Position numbers and translations under genes: made by a program. The notes beneath the pieces were generated by a model, which was given only the letters and a program-made list of their open reading frames with translations, did no database searches and was not told the DNA's origin. Source: Macrostomum lignano (taxonomy: Eukaryota). Taken from it: 64,000 nt of DNA. This document shows, piece after piece, positions 13,071-24,072 of the stretch (positions are counted from its first letter, which is position 1; every line of letters starts with the position of its first letter). The stretch covers positions 1 through 64,000 of the forward strand of contig NIVC01002831.1 of assembly GCA_002269645.1 (NCBI GenBank), written 5' to 3'.

Positions 13071-13205
13071 TATCTGTCTGTCTGTCTGTCTGTGTGTCTG
13101 TCTGTCTGTGTGTCTGTCTGTCTGTGTGTCTGTCTGTCTGTCTGTCTGTCTTAGCAGCTATCGTCTGTCTGTCTGTCTGTCTGTCGGTCTGTCTGTCTGT
13201 CTGTC
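13071..13205. repeat. (CTGT)n microsatellite, possibly part of a Helentron-type non-autonomous element
   Basis: Tetranucleotide tract preceded by the small hairpin GTGACC-TTGGT-GGTCAC (about 13019-13035). The element assignment is inference. Confidence 0.75.
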
Positions 13206-13366
13206 TGGGCCTATCGTGTCTGTATCAATCATTATTGTGTGGGTCAACGAGCCAACCCGTAAAGTAGCATTTAAAATTCAGTTTTATCTGACAATTTCTT
13301 ATGATCAGGGCCTAGACTCTTTAAAATGAAATTAACTAATTGATAAAAAATGAGCAAAGGTCTATC

Positions 13367-14352
13367 TGATATAGTGATATAGTAATAATTGCTTATATTA
13401 TGTATATTACTCGTTAAATGCGTTATAAAAATTATATATCCATTTATTAGCAAAATATTTCTGTCTAATTGATCATTAAAAGTAGCCTAAATATCGTGTT
13501 TTGCCTCAAATACGCTTATAGTGCCTCTTATTTTTAATGTTTTGTTATAAATTGTCCGCCATTTTTACTAAAGTTACTATAAATATGAGCAAATAAATTT
13601 GTAGAGAGCCCAGACTTCTGTGGCCGCCTCTAGTAACAGGCTTTGCCTCTCGGCCAAATTGAACAGTTGTTCCAAAAATAGATCTGTCTATGAGTTATTC
13701 CTTTGAAGGCGCCCGCCTTTCCCCTTCCCCGAGAGGTCTTGTTCAGCTATAAGCGTACAGCCCTTTCTCCCTCCCCCCTCAGAGAACGTACAGTCTCTTA
13801 CTGAGTAATATTTCTAACCCCCCTTTGTCCCTTATCAGTTGGACAGGCGTGAGGCCTCCCTTTCCCCGATCTCTAAGTAACCTGGCGAATTGCCAACTCC
13901 TTATCCAGACACACTGTCTGCTTAGGCGTCATGCCTTTAGCTAATTCCCCATTAAGGCATATCCTTCCCATGTCAGCATTCCCTATTAGCTATTAAATTC
14001 CCCCTTTTGTGCGCCCCGTTTCCCAGGCAACTCCGATCCATCGCGTAGCCCTCCCTCGGACTAGTTAAGTTTAATTTAGACAGTGTCTTGCCGCTCGGAC
14101 ACTCACGCCACCAGGAGCAACCATTGGCTTACTCCTATTAGTAATAAAACTAGCATATCTTTCGGAAATCCCAAGAATCCCCTCCCCCCACAACAGATTT
14201 GGTGTCAGAATAGGAAAACTTCCCCTCCCCCCAAGACCCCTGTAACAGAAATTGGTAGCAACATTGTGATTAAACCACAGGCGAAAGTTTACCCTGTAAC
14301 AGATTTTGGTAACAGCGGTAGGATTTTCTTAATAATAAACAGCCCTATAACA
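13367..14352 (+). repeat. 5' LTR of Gypsy 1
   Basis: TGATATAG...CTATAACA; appears identical to 21810-22795. Confidence 0.95.
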
Positions 14353-14357
14353 GATTT

Positions 14358-14370
14358 TGGTGGCAGCGGT
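14358..14370 (+). promoter_or_regulatory. Primer-binding site, tRNA-Leu type
   Basis: TGGTGGCAGCGGT, 5 nt after the LTR end, complementary to the 3' end of typical metazoan tRNA-Leu(AAG/TAG). Confidence 0.8.
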
Positions 14371-14441
14371 AAAGGATCTGAATCTGGTGAAACGCGCACT
14401 TAAACCAACCCAAACTCTAAACCCCCTATCCTTGAAGTATA

Positions 14442-15430
14442 ATGGCCGCAGGAATCAATGAAGCCCTTGCGCTCTTAGCTGAAGAGCTCCGCAACCGACT
14501 CGAATTAGGCCCCCTCAGACATGTAAAGATCCAGAAGTACCTTCCCAGCCAAGATATCAGAGTCTGGCTTACCGCATTTGACCAGAGATGTGAAAATGAA
14601 GGCATAGAAGAAGAAAACCGGAAGCAGGAACTGCTTACCAATCTAGACCTGAGTACTGCGTTTGCAGCAGTTCAACGCCTCAACCTCCCAGCTAATCTCC
14701 CCTATGAAGAATTCAAAGAAAGACTAATCGAAAGATTTGGAAAAGTAGGTAGCTCCGCTGAATTTCGCGAAGAGTTTAGGAATCGCTGCCAAGGCAGAAA
14801 CGAATCCACTGACAGTTTTGCCGATGCTTTGATTGAATTAGCTTCCCGCGCATTCCTAAATATGGATGCTGAGCAGAGAGAAGAAGAACTGGTCGAACAG
14901 TTCATCAAAGGTGTGAGAACCCCTCCCGACACCCGTGAGAAGCTGATCTTTGCCCAACCGGCTAGTCTCCAAGCCGCCCGCAGAATGCTGCGCAGAATTG
15001 AAGCTGCTTATCAGATGTCCCACAAAGGAGGAATTAGAGTGACCAAGGATGAGAAAGAGGAGCACAAGGTCAGAACCGATCAGTTGATCATTGACCAGCA
15101 GACTAAGATTGATCGCCAAGAAAGGCTTATTCAGAACCTGCAGAAGCAACTGGCTGAAACAGCGCAATGCGCTCCGCCATCTCAGGTGTTCCCCCAGCAA
15201 CAGTATAGGCAGCCACCTCCTCAGCAGTACAGACATCCAAACCCTCAGCTGTACAGACAGCCACCCCAGCAGCAGTACAGGCCGCAACCTCAGCAGCAGT
15301 ACAGGCCCCAGCTGATAAACCAACCGCCAAGGCGTGAACCCCCAAGAAGGAATGAGCGTCAGCCCCCAATCCCAGATATGAGCCGCTGAAGTTCCGCAAC
15401 CCCCGTGACTCCCAGAAGTCGGGAAACTGA
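14442..15430 (+). CDS. gag: Gag of Gypsy 1 (315-aa ORF to 15389; probably extends to ...SGN* at 15430 if a 1-nt deletion near 15372 is corrected)
   Basis: Capsid-like region (RCQGRNESTDSFADAL...), PPQQQYRQ repeats, no CCHC knuckle; position right after the PBS. Confidence 0.85.
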
Positions 15431-15689
15431 GAAGCCAGGGTCGAGTTAAGAGGCCACGCCCCTCAGGCCAAAATTCTGCTTACTCTCCGGCCTCCCCATC
15501 ATTCGAAAATGCCCCCCAACCAAAATACCGGCAACCTCCTCAGTACGGTTTCCGTTATCCCCGCAAAACCTCCCATGTACAGCCAATGCCTGTGAATAAT
15601 GCGATATCTGTCTCCCCCAATAATTTTTCACTTCTTGCCTTTGACGAAATCGACGATGCCATGCCAAATGCCCCCCCCCTGACCCCCAT

Positions 15690-18600
15690 GTGTACAATGA
15701 CCCCCATGCGACTACAGCTCACGCGACTGCTTCCCATGTAACCAATGCGATTTCTGCTCATCACGCGTCCGCACCCCATGTACCCACTGCGCTTGCACCC
15801 CATGTATCCTATGCGATTAAAACCTATAATGCTTTATTCAGTGCTGGAACCCGCTCAAAGAAGCGACAAAAGCCAAAACCCAATTCCCCATCCCGAATCG
15901 ACCTGACTAAGCTAGAAGGCTATGAAGCTGTAATTGTCGGCGAAATCCAGAAAGAATCGATTGATTTCTTGCTAGACACAGGCGCCAGAAATAATTTCCT
16001 GAGCCGCTCAACCTGGTCTAAGCTATTCCGTGCCGATCAAATCCGAGACACTAGCAAAAGCATTAGTACATTTGACGGTACCCCAGTTCAATTAGAAGGA
16101 GAAGTATCCGCCCAAGTGAAATTTGGCGATATCCAAATCGAAGTTGATTTCCTCCTATGCCGACATGATTGTGACAATATTCTAGGTATGGAATTTTTCC
16201 TATCCCAATGTGAAAGCATTCAGCTAGCCAAAGGAATGCTAGTGCTTAATGAAGGTACCTGTATACCCATGCAGTATACACGCCTACCCGTGAAAGTTTG
16301 CCGAGTTTATACTCAAGAAAGAGTAATCATCCCAGCTAATAGTGCCCTCCGAATACCCGTGAAATTAGCCAAGAATTGTGAATCGAATTATGGCACCCCC
16401 ATGACCATTGAAGCCATTGGCGATACTGTCCGAACCCGTGATTTCTCATTAGAAATGGTTCCAACACTAGTAACTATGAAAGAAGGCAAAGGAATTGTTG
16501 AAATTATTAACCGCCATCCAGTAGATGTGAATCTAACTAAAACTTCCCTAATTGGCTTAGCCAGACCCATGAAAGCTAAAGATCTAACCTATTGGCAAAC
16601 CCCAACTCCCAACCCCCAACCCCCTGTGAAAGTCAACCAGACTCAATGTACTGAAGATTCCTGGATTAATGAAGTGAGCCTTGGCCCTGAACTGTCGGAT
16701 GAACAGCGTAAAGCAGTCATCGATCTTATGAAAGAAAACCGTGAAGCCTTTTCCCAGAACGAATTAGACATGGGCCTGACACACTTAGTAACCCACGAAA
16801 TCTCCATCAAAGACCCCACCCCCGTTAGAATCCCAGCTAGACGCATCCCCCCGCACTTGCAAAAGCAAGTTGACGCCCAATTAGACGATATGTTAGCCAA
16901 AAACCTAATTAGACCCTGCTATTCAACCTACTCCACTCCCCTAGTAATTGTCCCCAAGAAAGATGGTTCTATTAGAATCGTGAGCGATTTCCGCGTACTC
17001 AACTCAAGAGTTAATTACTACCCCTACCCCCTCCCTAATATTCAAGAGACCTTCTCCCACCTAACTGGTAGCCAATACTTTAGCAGCCTAGACTTAAACT
17101 CAGGATACTGGCAAGTCCCCATCAAAGAAGAAGACAAGCATCGAACCGCCTTCTCCACCCTAACTAGAGGCCAATTTGAATACCAAGTAATGGCCCAAGG
17201 ACTTTCCAATGCCCCCGGAACCTTCCAACGCCTAATGAATTTAGTACTATTAGGAATTCAACACAAGTTCGCCATGTCCTATATCGATGACATAATCGCC
17301 TACTCCCAAACTTTTGCCGACCATTTAGATCACCTAAGAGAAGTGTTTAAGCGACTAATTGCCGCAGGTCTGAAATTGAGACCCAAAAAGTGCAATCTTT
17401 TCCATCACGAGTTGAAATATCTAGGACATGTGATTGGCCGACAAGGCATTCAAACAGACAAGACGAAGATTGAAGCAATCCAAACTTGGCCCCGTCCCAA
17501 AGACGTAAAGGAACTACGCAGTTTTCTTGGCCTATGCAATTATTATTGCCGATTCGTGAAAAATTATGCCGAAGTGGCTCACCCCCTATTCCAATTGACC
17601 CGAAAAGGAGTTCAGAATTTCCAATCTAAGTGGAGCAAAGTGCATGACGAAGCCTTTGAGTCCCTGAAGCAGAGAATGATGTCTACTGAAGTGTTAGCCT
17701 ACCCCGAATATGTCGAAGACGAAAATGTGAAAATGGTGCTCGACACAGATGCCAGTGACGACAGGATTGGCGCATGCCTTGGCCAAATCCAGAGTGATGG
17801 CATAGAGCGACCAATAGCCTATTTTAGTAGAGCAATGAAGGAATCAGAGAAGCGATACCCCATTACTCGGAAAGAATTGTTAGCCCTTGTCGACGCTATG
17901 AGGCATTTCAGATTTTATCTGATCGGCAAGAAATTCTTAGCCCGAACTGATCATAAAGCGATAATTTGGCTCATGAGACAAACTGAAGCAACCGGAATCC
18001 TAGGAAGATGGATAGAGCGCCTAAATGAATTCAGGTTCGACATTGAACACAGAAGCGGCGCAAAACATTCCAATGCCGACGGATTGTCGAGAAGACCAGC
18101 TGAGATAGCTGAAGCCCCTGAAGTATCCCCTGAAGTAGCCCCTGAACTTGCTGAAACAGCACCTGAAGTTTCTGAAGTCCCTGACGCAGCCACTGAGCCT
18201 GCTGAAGCGATCCTTGAAACCCCTGAAATATCTGAAGTAATTTCTGAGAACCCTGAGCCAATCCCTGAGAAAGTTGAGAAATTGACCCCTGTTCCCCTGA
18301 GAGATGCGAGTGCTCCCGCTGAAACTAAGGACAACCCCATGTCCCAGTCACCTGAAGCCCTGACAGAAAGCGAGACCCAGACCGAATGTCCCGAATCTAG
18401 GACAATGCTGAATGTCTCAGGTAGAGAAGTAGATGAAAGAGAAGAAGAAACAGGAAAGTGTGAAAAACTATTAACTGATTATCTTCCCAGCCCTCTGAAG
18501 AAAGAACAGATTATAGAAGCCCAAGTCGCTGACCCCATCATTAAAGCTCTATTAGAAGCTAAAGCCCAGAAATTGAGCCAATTTCCCAAATCACCGGACG

Positions 18601-20276
18601 TGCCAGAAAAGATCAGTAAGCATTATGCACTGATGAAAATCGATAACGAATTATTAATAATCACCGAAGGCGAAAAGGACAAAGTAGTTTTGCCCCCATC
18701 CTTAGATAAAGCAGTCTTTATTGACCTACACTACAGCCCCCTCGCAGGACATCTAGGAAGAGATAAGACGCTCCAGAGAATCCGAGAAAGATTTTGGCGA
18801 CCCGGATTGAGTACCTCAGTTGAGCAGTTGATTGCTGAGTGCATCCCCTGTCTCGAGAGTAAGAAAGGCCACTTTGTGCAAGCTCCTATCCAATCGTTCC
18901 CCATTGGCGAAGCTTTCAGCCGCCTGCACATAGACATTATCGGCCCGATCTCAAAAGAGAGTAAGCGAGGTCACAAATATGTTTTAACAATTGTTGATAG
19001 CACAACTAGATATCCCTTTGCTTTTCCCATTAGAAATCAAAAATCAGACACAGTCATTAAAATACTACTTGAACGAATAGTAGCAGAGTATGGACAGCCA
19101 ACATGGATTCACACGGACAATGGAAAAACCTTTGCTAGTAAACAGTTTAAGGCATTTTGTGAATTATATAATATTCGCCACACCTTCACTACCCCCTATC
19201 ATGCCCAATCTAACGGATTAGTAGAACGCTTTAATAAGCAAGTTAAATCGATCATCACCTGCCTGATCAATAAGGATCATGGTGATTGGGATTTATTAAT
19301 TCCCGCAGCTTTAGTAGCCGTTCGCACCAGCCCCAATGCAACAACAGGATTTTCCCCGCACTTTCTACTATTTGGAAGAGAAGCTACTCTACCCTTAGAC
19401 ACTCAAATTCGTAGTACAGCAGAGCATGCCGACTATCCCGCCTATATATCCAAACATGCTGAAAGATTAGAAGAAGCTAGCAAAATCGTTAAGAGGAAAT
19501 TAGAAAAAGTGACAGAGAAAAGACAGATAGCCGCTGAAACTAATAAACTTCCCCCCAGAGTCCCCATAGGCTGTTTAGCATTAATTAACAACCCCCAATT
19601 AGACACCGAAGAGTCCCACAAATTTCATCGGAAGAAACGATCAGCATTTAGAGTGATAGCTCAAATTTCTGAAGTAGTTTTTAAAGTTCAAAAAGAAGAA
19701 GACGGAAAATTAATTGGCAAAGAAATGTTAGTGCACCGAGACAATTTAACGCCCGTGCCCAATTCAACCACAGAACTTTTTACTAAGGAAAGCCAGGAGA
19801 GCGCTCCCGCTTATGTTTCCGCCCCCAACCCCGCTCCTATTCCTATTTCCGCCCCTACTTCCGCCCCTACCCCCGCTTCAACTGAACCGAAGAGACAACT
19901 CCCAATTAAGGAAAGCCACCCCCGCCGGAAAATCCCAGAATTAAATCAGTCCAACCCTATTGAATCTGAAGAATCATCTGACGAAGAAGAAATCAATTGG
20001 CGATGCCAACTAAGAGAAGAGAATAATGAAGGAGAAATAGCTGAAGAATGGTCTGAAGCTCAGACAGAGAATGAAGAGACCAATGAGTCAGAAAACGAAG
20101 CCTTGAATGAAGAAGACCCTCAACCCCTACCCCCCTCTCCTGTCCCGCAAGATCCCGAGCCCGCGCACACCCACCCCTACAATCTGAGGCGCCCAACCCA
20201 AGCCAAACAAAGATGTGACTGCCATCTGAAACGTCTATTGAAAGCCCTCAATTTATTGCGTAACCTCGAATTTTAG
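15690..20276 (+). CDS. pol: Pol polyprotein of Gypsy 1 (protease, RT, RNase H, integrase); the frame probably begins near 15421
   Basis: LLDTGA protease; YIDD RT; DTDAS...ELLA...TDH RNase H; H-H-C-C zinc finger and D,D,E integrase (LHIDII, HTDNG, GLVER). Confidence 0.97.
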   Translation: MYNDPHATTAHATASHVTNAISAHHASAPHVPTALAPHVSYAIKTYNALFSAGTRSKKRQKPKPNSPSRIDLTKLEGYEAVIVGEIQKESIDFLLDTGARNNFLSRSTWSKLFRADQIRDTSKSISTFDGTPVQLEGEVSAQVKFGDIQIEVDFLLCRHDCDNILGMEFFLSQCESIQLAKGMLVLNEGTCIPMQYTRLPVKVCRVYTQERVIIPANSALRIPVKLAKNCESNYGTPMTIEAIGDTVRTRDFSLEMVPTLVTMKEGKGIVEIINRHPVDVNLTKTSLIGLARPMKAKDLTYWQTPTPNPQPPVKVNQTQCTEDSWINEVSLGPELSDEQRKAVIDLMKENREAFSQNELDMGLTHLVTHEISIKDPTPVRIPARRIPPHLQKQVDAQLDDMLAKNLIRPCYSTYSTPLVIVPKKDGSIRIVSDFRVLNSRVNYYPYPLPNIQETFSHLTGSQYFSSLDLNSGYWQVPIKEEDKHRTAFSTLTRGQFEYQVMAQGLSNAPGTFQRLMNLVLLGIQHKFAMSYIDDIIAYSQTFADHLDHLREVFKRLIAAGLKLRPKKCNLFHHELKYLGHVIGRQGIQTDKTKIEAIQTWPRPKDVKELRSFLGLCNYYCRFVKNYAEVAHPLFQLTRKGVQNFQSKWSKVHDEAFESLKQRMMSTEVLAYPEYVEDENVKMVLDTDASDDRIGACLGQIQSDGIERPIAYFSRAMKESEKRYPITRKELLALVDAMRHFRFYLIGKKFLARTDHKAIIWLMRQTEATGILGRWIERLNEFRFDIEHRSGAKHSNADGLSRRPAEIAEAPEVSPEVAPELAETAPEVSEVPDAATEPAEAILETPEISEVISENPEPIPEKVEKLTPVPLRDASAPAETKDNPMSQSPEALTESETQTECPESRTMLNVSGREVDEREEETGKCEKLLTDYLPSPLKKEQIIEAQVADPIIKALLEAKAQKLSQFPKSPDVPEKISKHYALMKIDNELLIITEGEKDKVVLPPSLDKAVFIDLHYSPLAGHLGRDKTLQRIRERFWRPGLSTSVEQLIAECIPCLESKKGHFVQAPIQSFPIGEAFSRLHIDIIGPISKESKRGHKYVLTIVDSTTRYPFAFPIRNQKSDTVIKILLERIVAEYGQPTWIHTDNGKTFASKQFKAFCELYNIRHTFTTPYHAQSNGLVERFNKQVKSIITCLINKDHGDWDLLIPAALVAVRTSPNATTGFSPHFLLFGREATLPLDTQIRSTAEHADYPAYISKHAERLEEASKIVKRKLEKVTEKRQIAAETNKLPPRVPIGCLALINNPQLDTEESHKFHRKKRSAFRVIAQISEVVFKVQKEEDGKLIGKEMLVHRDNLTPVPNSTTELFTKESQESAPAYVSAPNPAPIPISAPTSAPTPASTEPKRQLPIKESHPRRKIPELNQSNPIESEESSDEEEINWRCQLREENNEGEIAEEWSEAQTENEETNESENEALNEEDPQPLPPSPVPQDPEPAHTHPYNLRRPTQAKQRCDCHLKRLLKALNLLRNLEF

Positions 20277-20587
20277 CCCTCTCGCCGTCCCCGATTGCAC
20301 AAAGAACCCCAAATTTTAGATAAAGGAAGAACGCATCTTGAACAATGCTAATGTACAAAGACCCACTAAAATTATCGATCCAAAGCAAAACTAGACCCCA
20401 AAAAAGACAGAAAATGAGGTGGGTTACGAAAATAAGAATCCCAGAAAACAGGAACAAAAGGGACCAATAAGTAAACACTCGAAATCGAAATTGCACAACC
20501 AAGTTCAACAGCTAGCTTGACTCAAGCCTTCCCAAACTATCTATAAGATTTTTACTCCCCAATTTAATCTGATTTGAAAAGATTAAA

Positions 20588-21492
20588 ATGACCTCTGGAG
20601 ACGAGCTTCAACGATTAGAAGAAGAACTTGCCCTCTCGGATAGTAATGCTAGCGAGTTCGATCACGAGGAAGAGAATGACCCCAGCCCTCCTGAGCGCCA
20701 GCCAACTCGTCCCAACAAGCCTGGAGCTAAGCCTAGAAGATTGCGTCAGTCGTGACCCGCCCGCCAGCTAAGCCAGTCAGCAGTTCGCCCCAAGAACGCA
20801 AGCGTCTACTAGAGCAACAAGCTGCCGCCCCTGTGGAGCCTTCGGCCGACATTGTCCGCCGTCAACCCTCAGGCTCTCGCGCCGCCCAAGTCCTACCCCC
20901 GAGTGAGGCGCCGCCCATCATGCGCCGAGTACGCGAAAACCAGACCGTCAAGCAAGAGCCCAGGGAACGTTCAAGATCTCCGGCGAAGCCTTTAGTTACG
21001 CCACCGCCCCAGTATGGCGTCAGGCCGCCCCACCAAGCGAGGCCCGGCCCCTCCAACCCAATGCCAATCGATCTACGCGTACAGGTTCCGCCCCTAATGG
21101 CTAATGCAGAGCCACGAAGGCCCCCACTCCAAGAGTTAGGCAGAGATTTCAACCAAATCGTATCAGGTCTCCCCGAGTTCCGCCGTGCCCAATTCCGGCA
21201 GCAAATCGTCACCCTGAAGCATTATCTAGTGAAGGTTGGTCGCTTCCGCCTCGATGGAAGGATGTTTCCCCAAAGGGTGGAAGTCTCGGCAGCCCTCGAA
21301 GACCTGCTGCGCATGCAGCAGGCGCAGGCTATAGCTGCCTGGCGCCGCGCCACCGTCTACGCTTTACAAGACTTGTCCCGCGGCAATCGTCAGTACAATC
21401 GCGAGAACGTGGCCACTGAAGTACTCTGGATCGGCCAAAGCTGCGGCTGGCCCGACCCGGATGGTCTACCTTGCGAGTTCCGATGGAATTAA
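20588..21492 (+). CDS. Extra ORF3 of Gypsy 1, unknown function (about 300 aa if one indel near 20738 is corrected; 246-aa ORF from 20752)
   Basis: ATG at 20588 opens MTSGDELQRLEEELAL..., which ends at 20755 overlapping the 20752-21492 frame. No signal peptide or TM segment is visible. Confidence 0.6.
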
Positions 21493-21809
21493 CTGAAGTA
21501 GCAATAGTATTGCATGACATTTTTTCGAACATTTATTTTTGCGAAATAATTACTAACCATTACGACATTTTAACATCTTTGTGCCTAATAAACGTTATAG
21601 TCATGAATTATTTTGTAGTAAACTTTTGTAATTTTGCATTTTTCTTTTTTTTTAGCATGCATTCTTCGCCTGATAAATTTTGTTGCCACTTATTCTCCGC
21701 ATTAAATTCAACTACTCTTTTCATACTACTATAATCCATGTAAATGCGTTTTTTAAGAATTTTGTCTCACTAATAAATATATTCGCAAAATTCGTTCAGG
21801 AAAGCCAGT

Positions 21810-22795
21810 TGATATAGTGATATAGTAATAATTGCTTATATTATGTATATTACTCGTTAAATGCGTTATAAAAATTATATATCCATTTATTAGCAAAATA
21901 TTTCTGTCTAATTGATCATTAAAAGTAGCCTAAATATCGTGTTTTGCCTCAAATACGCTTATAGTGCCTCTTATTTTTAATGTTTTGTTATAAATTGTCC
22001 GCCATTTTTACTAAAGTTACTATAAATATGAGCAAATAAATTTGTAGAGAGCCCAGACTTCTGTGGCCGCCTCTAGTAACAGGCTTTGCCTCTCGGCCAA
22101 ATTGAACAGTTGTTCCAAAAATAGATCTGTCTATGAGTTATTCCTTTGAAGGCGCCCGCCTTTCCCCTTCCCCGAGAGGTCTTGTTCAGCTATAAGCGTA
22201 CAGCCCTTTCTCCCTCCCCCCTCAGAGAACGTACAGTCTCTTACTGAGTAATATTTCTAACCCCCCTTTGTCCCTTATCAGTTGGACAGGCGTGAGGCCT
22301 CCCTTTCCCCGATCTCTAAGTAACCTGGCGAATTGCCAACTCCTTATCCAGACACACTGTCTGCTTAGGCGTCATGCCTTTAGCTAATTCCCCATTAAGG
22401 CATATCCTTCCCATGTCAGCATTCCCTATTAGCTATTAAATTCCCCCTTTTGTGCGCCCCGTTTCCCAGGCAACTCCGATCCATCGCGTAGCCCTCCCTC
22501 GGACTAGTTAAGTTTAATTTAGACAGTGTCTTGCCGCTCGGACACTCACGCCACCAGGAGCAACCATTGGCTTACTCCTATTAGTAATAAAACTAGCATA
22601 TCTTTCGGAAATCCCAAGAATCCCCTCCCCCCACAACAGATTTGGTGTCAGAATAGGAAAACTTCCCCTCCCCCCAAGACCCCTGTAACAGAAATTGGTA
22701 GCAACATTGTGATTAAACCACAGGCGAAAGTTTACCCTGTAACAGATTTTGGTAACAGCGGTAGGATTTTCTTAATAATAAACAGCCCTATAACA
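21810..22795 (+). repeat. 3' LTR of Gypsy 1
   Basis: Same length and apparently the same sequence as the 5' LTR. The upstream purine tract is weak (AGGAAAG). Confidence 0.95.
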
Positions 22796-23188
22796 TATCA
22801 AAAGTCGAAGCCATGCTTTATTAACTTGTCCTTATCAACAGGCTCAAAATCAAGAACTGATTAGTCAACGGTTAAACAAGTTCAGCTCTAAAATTTTTCC
22901 CAATTGGTTTTTATCATTTTCAAAAGCACTTGCCAAACTTCTGGGCAGAAAAGTTCCAAATTAAAGTCGGCCCAGACACACCAGCCCGGGTTTGGAAGCC
23001 TACGACGAATTTGGGTGTCTCAGGACGCATTTTAAAGAGCCAACTGCCCTGACTGTGAGTGCCATGCGCTATCAGCTCAACCCCGTGGTTTCCAAGCGAC
23101 GGTTTTAAATAATAGTATCTTTTAAATAGCAGAGAAAAGCTAATTTTCTGGTGATAACAAAATAAAAAGAAAGGAGACAGACTGCTTA

Positions 23189-23585
23189 AATTCATTGCAC
23201 TGAGTTTGGGTGTCATTGCACTGAGTTTGGGTGTCATTGCACTGAGTTTGGATGTCATTGCACAGGGTTTGGGTGTCATTTCACAGGGTTTGGGTGTCAT
23301 TGGAATGAGTTTGGGTGTCATTGCACTGAGTTTGGGTGTCATTGGAATGAGTTTGTGTGTCATTGCACAGGGTTTGGGTGTCATTGGAATGAGTTTGGGT
23401 GTCATTGCACTGAGTTTGGGTGTCATTGGAATGAGTTTTGGTTTCATTGCACAGGGTTTGGGTGTCATTGCACAGGGTTTGGGTGTCATTTCACAGGGTT
23501 TGGGTGTCATTTCACAGGGTTTGGGTGTCATTGCACTGAGTTTGGGTGTCATTGGAATGAGTTTGGGTGTCATTGCACAGGGTTT
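23189..23585. repeat. 21-bp minisatellite (GTCATTGCACTGAGTTTGGGT)n
   Basis: About 18 tandem units; source of the 7-aa periodic ORFs. Confidence 0.93.
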
Positions 23586-23972
23586 GGCGTCTACAGCACT
23601 GACTATCGCATGGAGAAAGATTCCAGTGTTCTTTCTCCACTCTTCTAAACTGCTGCACTAACAGACTCTTGAATCTTTTATCTTTACTTTTTGCCCCAGG
23701 CGATAACGAACTCCTGAAAAAGGTATATTAATGCTTCACCTGAGACACACCATAGACAATCTATACGGCAACTTTGCATTTTCGTTTGCCAGAGAACTCC
23801 CGCTTCACTCCGTGACTATCACAGGTAATTAAACATATTTTAGGCGCTACTTTTTGGTGCCTGCCTACGCTTAAAAACCGTTTATTTGTACCGAAAAATG
23901 ACTCACCTGTTATGCAATACAACTTGCACTTTAGGAAGAACCGACAGCCGAAGCACAGCATCTCCAAGTACC

Positions 23973-24072
23973 ATGGCTTGGCGGGATCTTCGCGGCTGGC
24001 TGCTCGTATTGTTGTGGGCCACCGCATCTGTTGAAGCTGCCGATGTGGCCTCGCCCGATGGCTTTGCATTTG
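23973..24072 (+). CDS. Exon 1: signal peptide [33 protein letters not shown]
   Basis: CCATGG start context, hydrophobic core, V-E-A cleavage motif, G|GTAAG phase-1 donor matching the phase of the next exon. Confidence 0.75.

Larger units (their letters stand above)
13367..22795 (+). mobile_element. Full-length Ty3/Gypsy LTR retrotransposon 1
   Basis: Two 986-bp LTRs with TG...CA ends. TATC TSD at 13363-13366 and 22796-22799. PBS, gag, and pol in PR-RT-RH-IN order. Confidence 0.97.

Noticed and set aside
14083-14403. 106-aa ORF duplicated at 22526-22864
   Set aside because: Lies in the LTR, starts at GTG, crosses the LTR boundary, and has no domain features; duplicated only because the LTRs are identical.
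20752-21492. env gene
   Set aside because: No signal peptide, furin-site/fusion-peptide layout or transmembrane anchor is visible.
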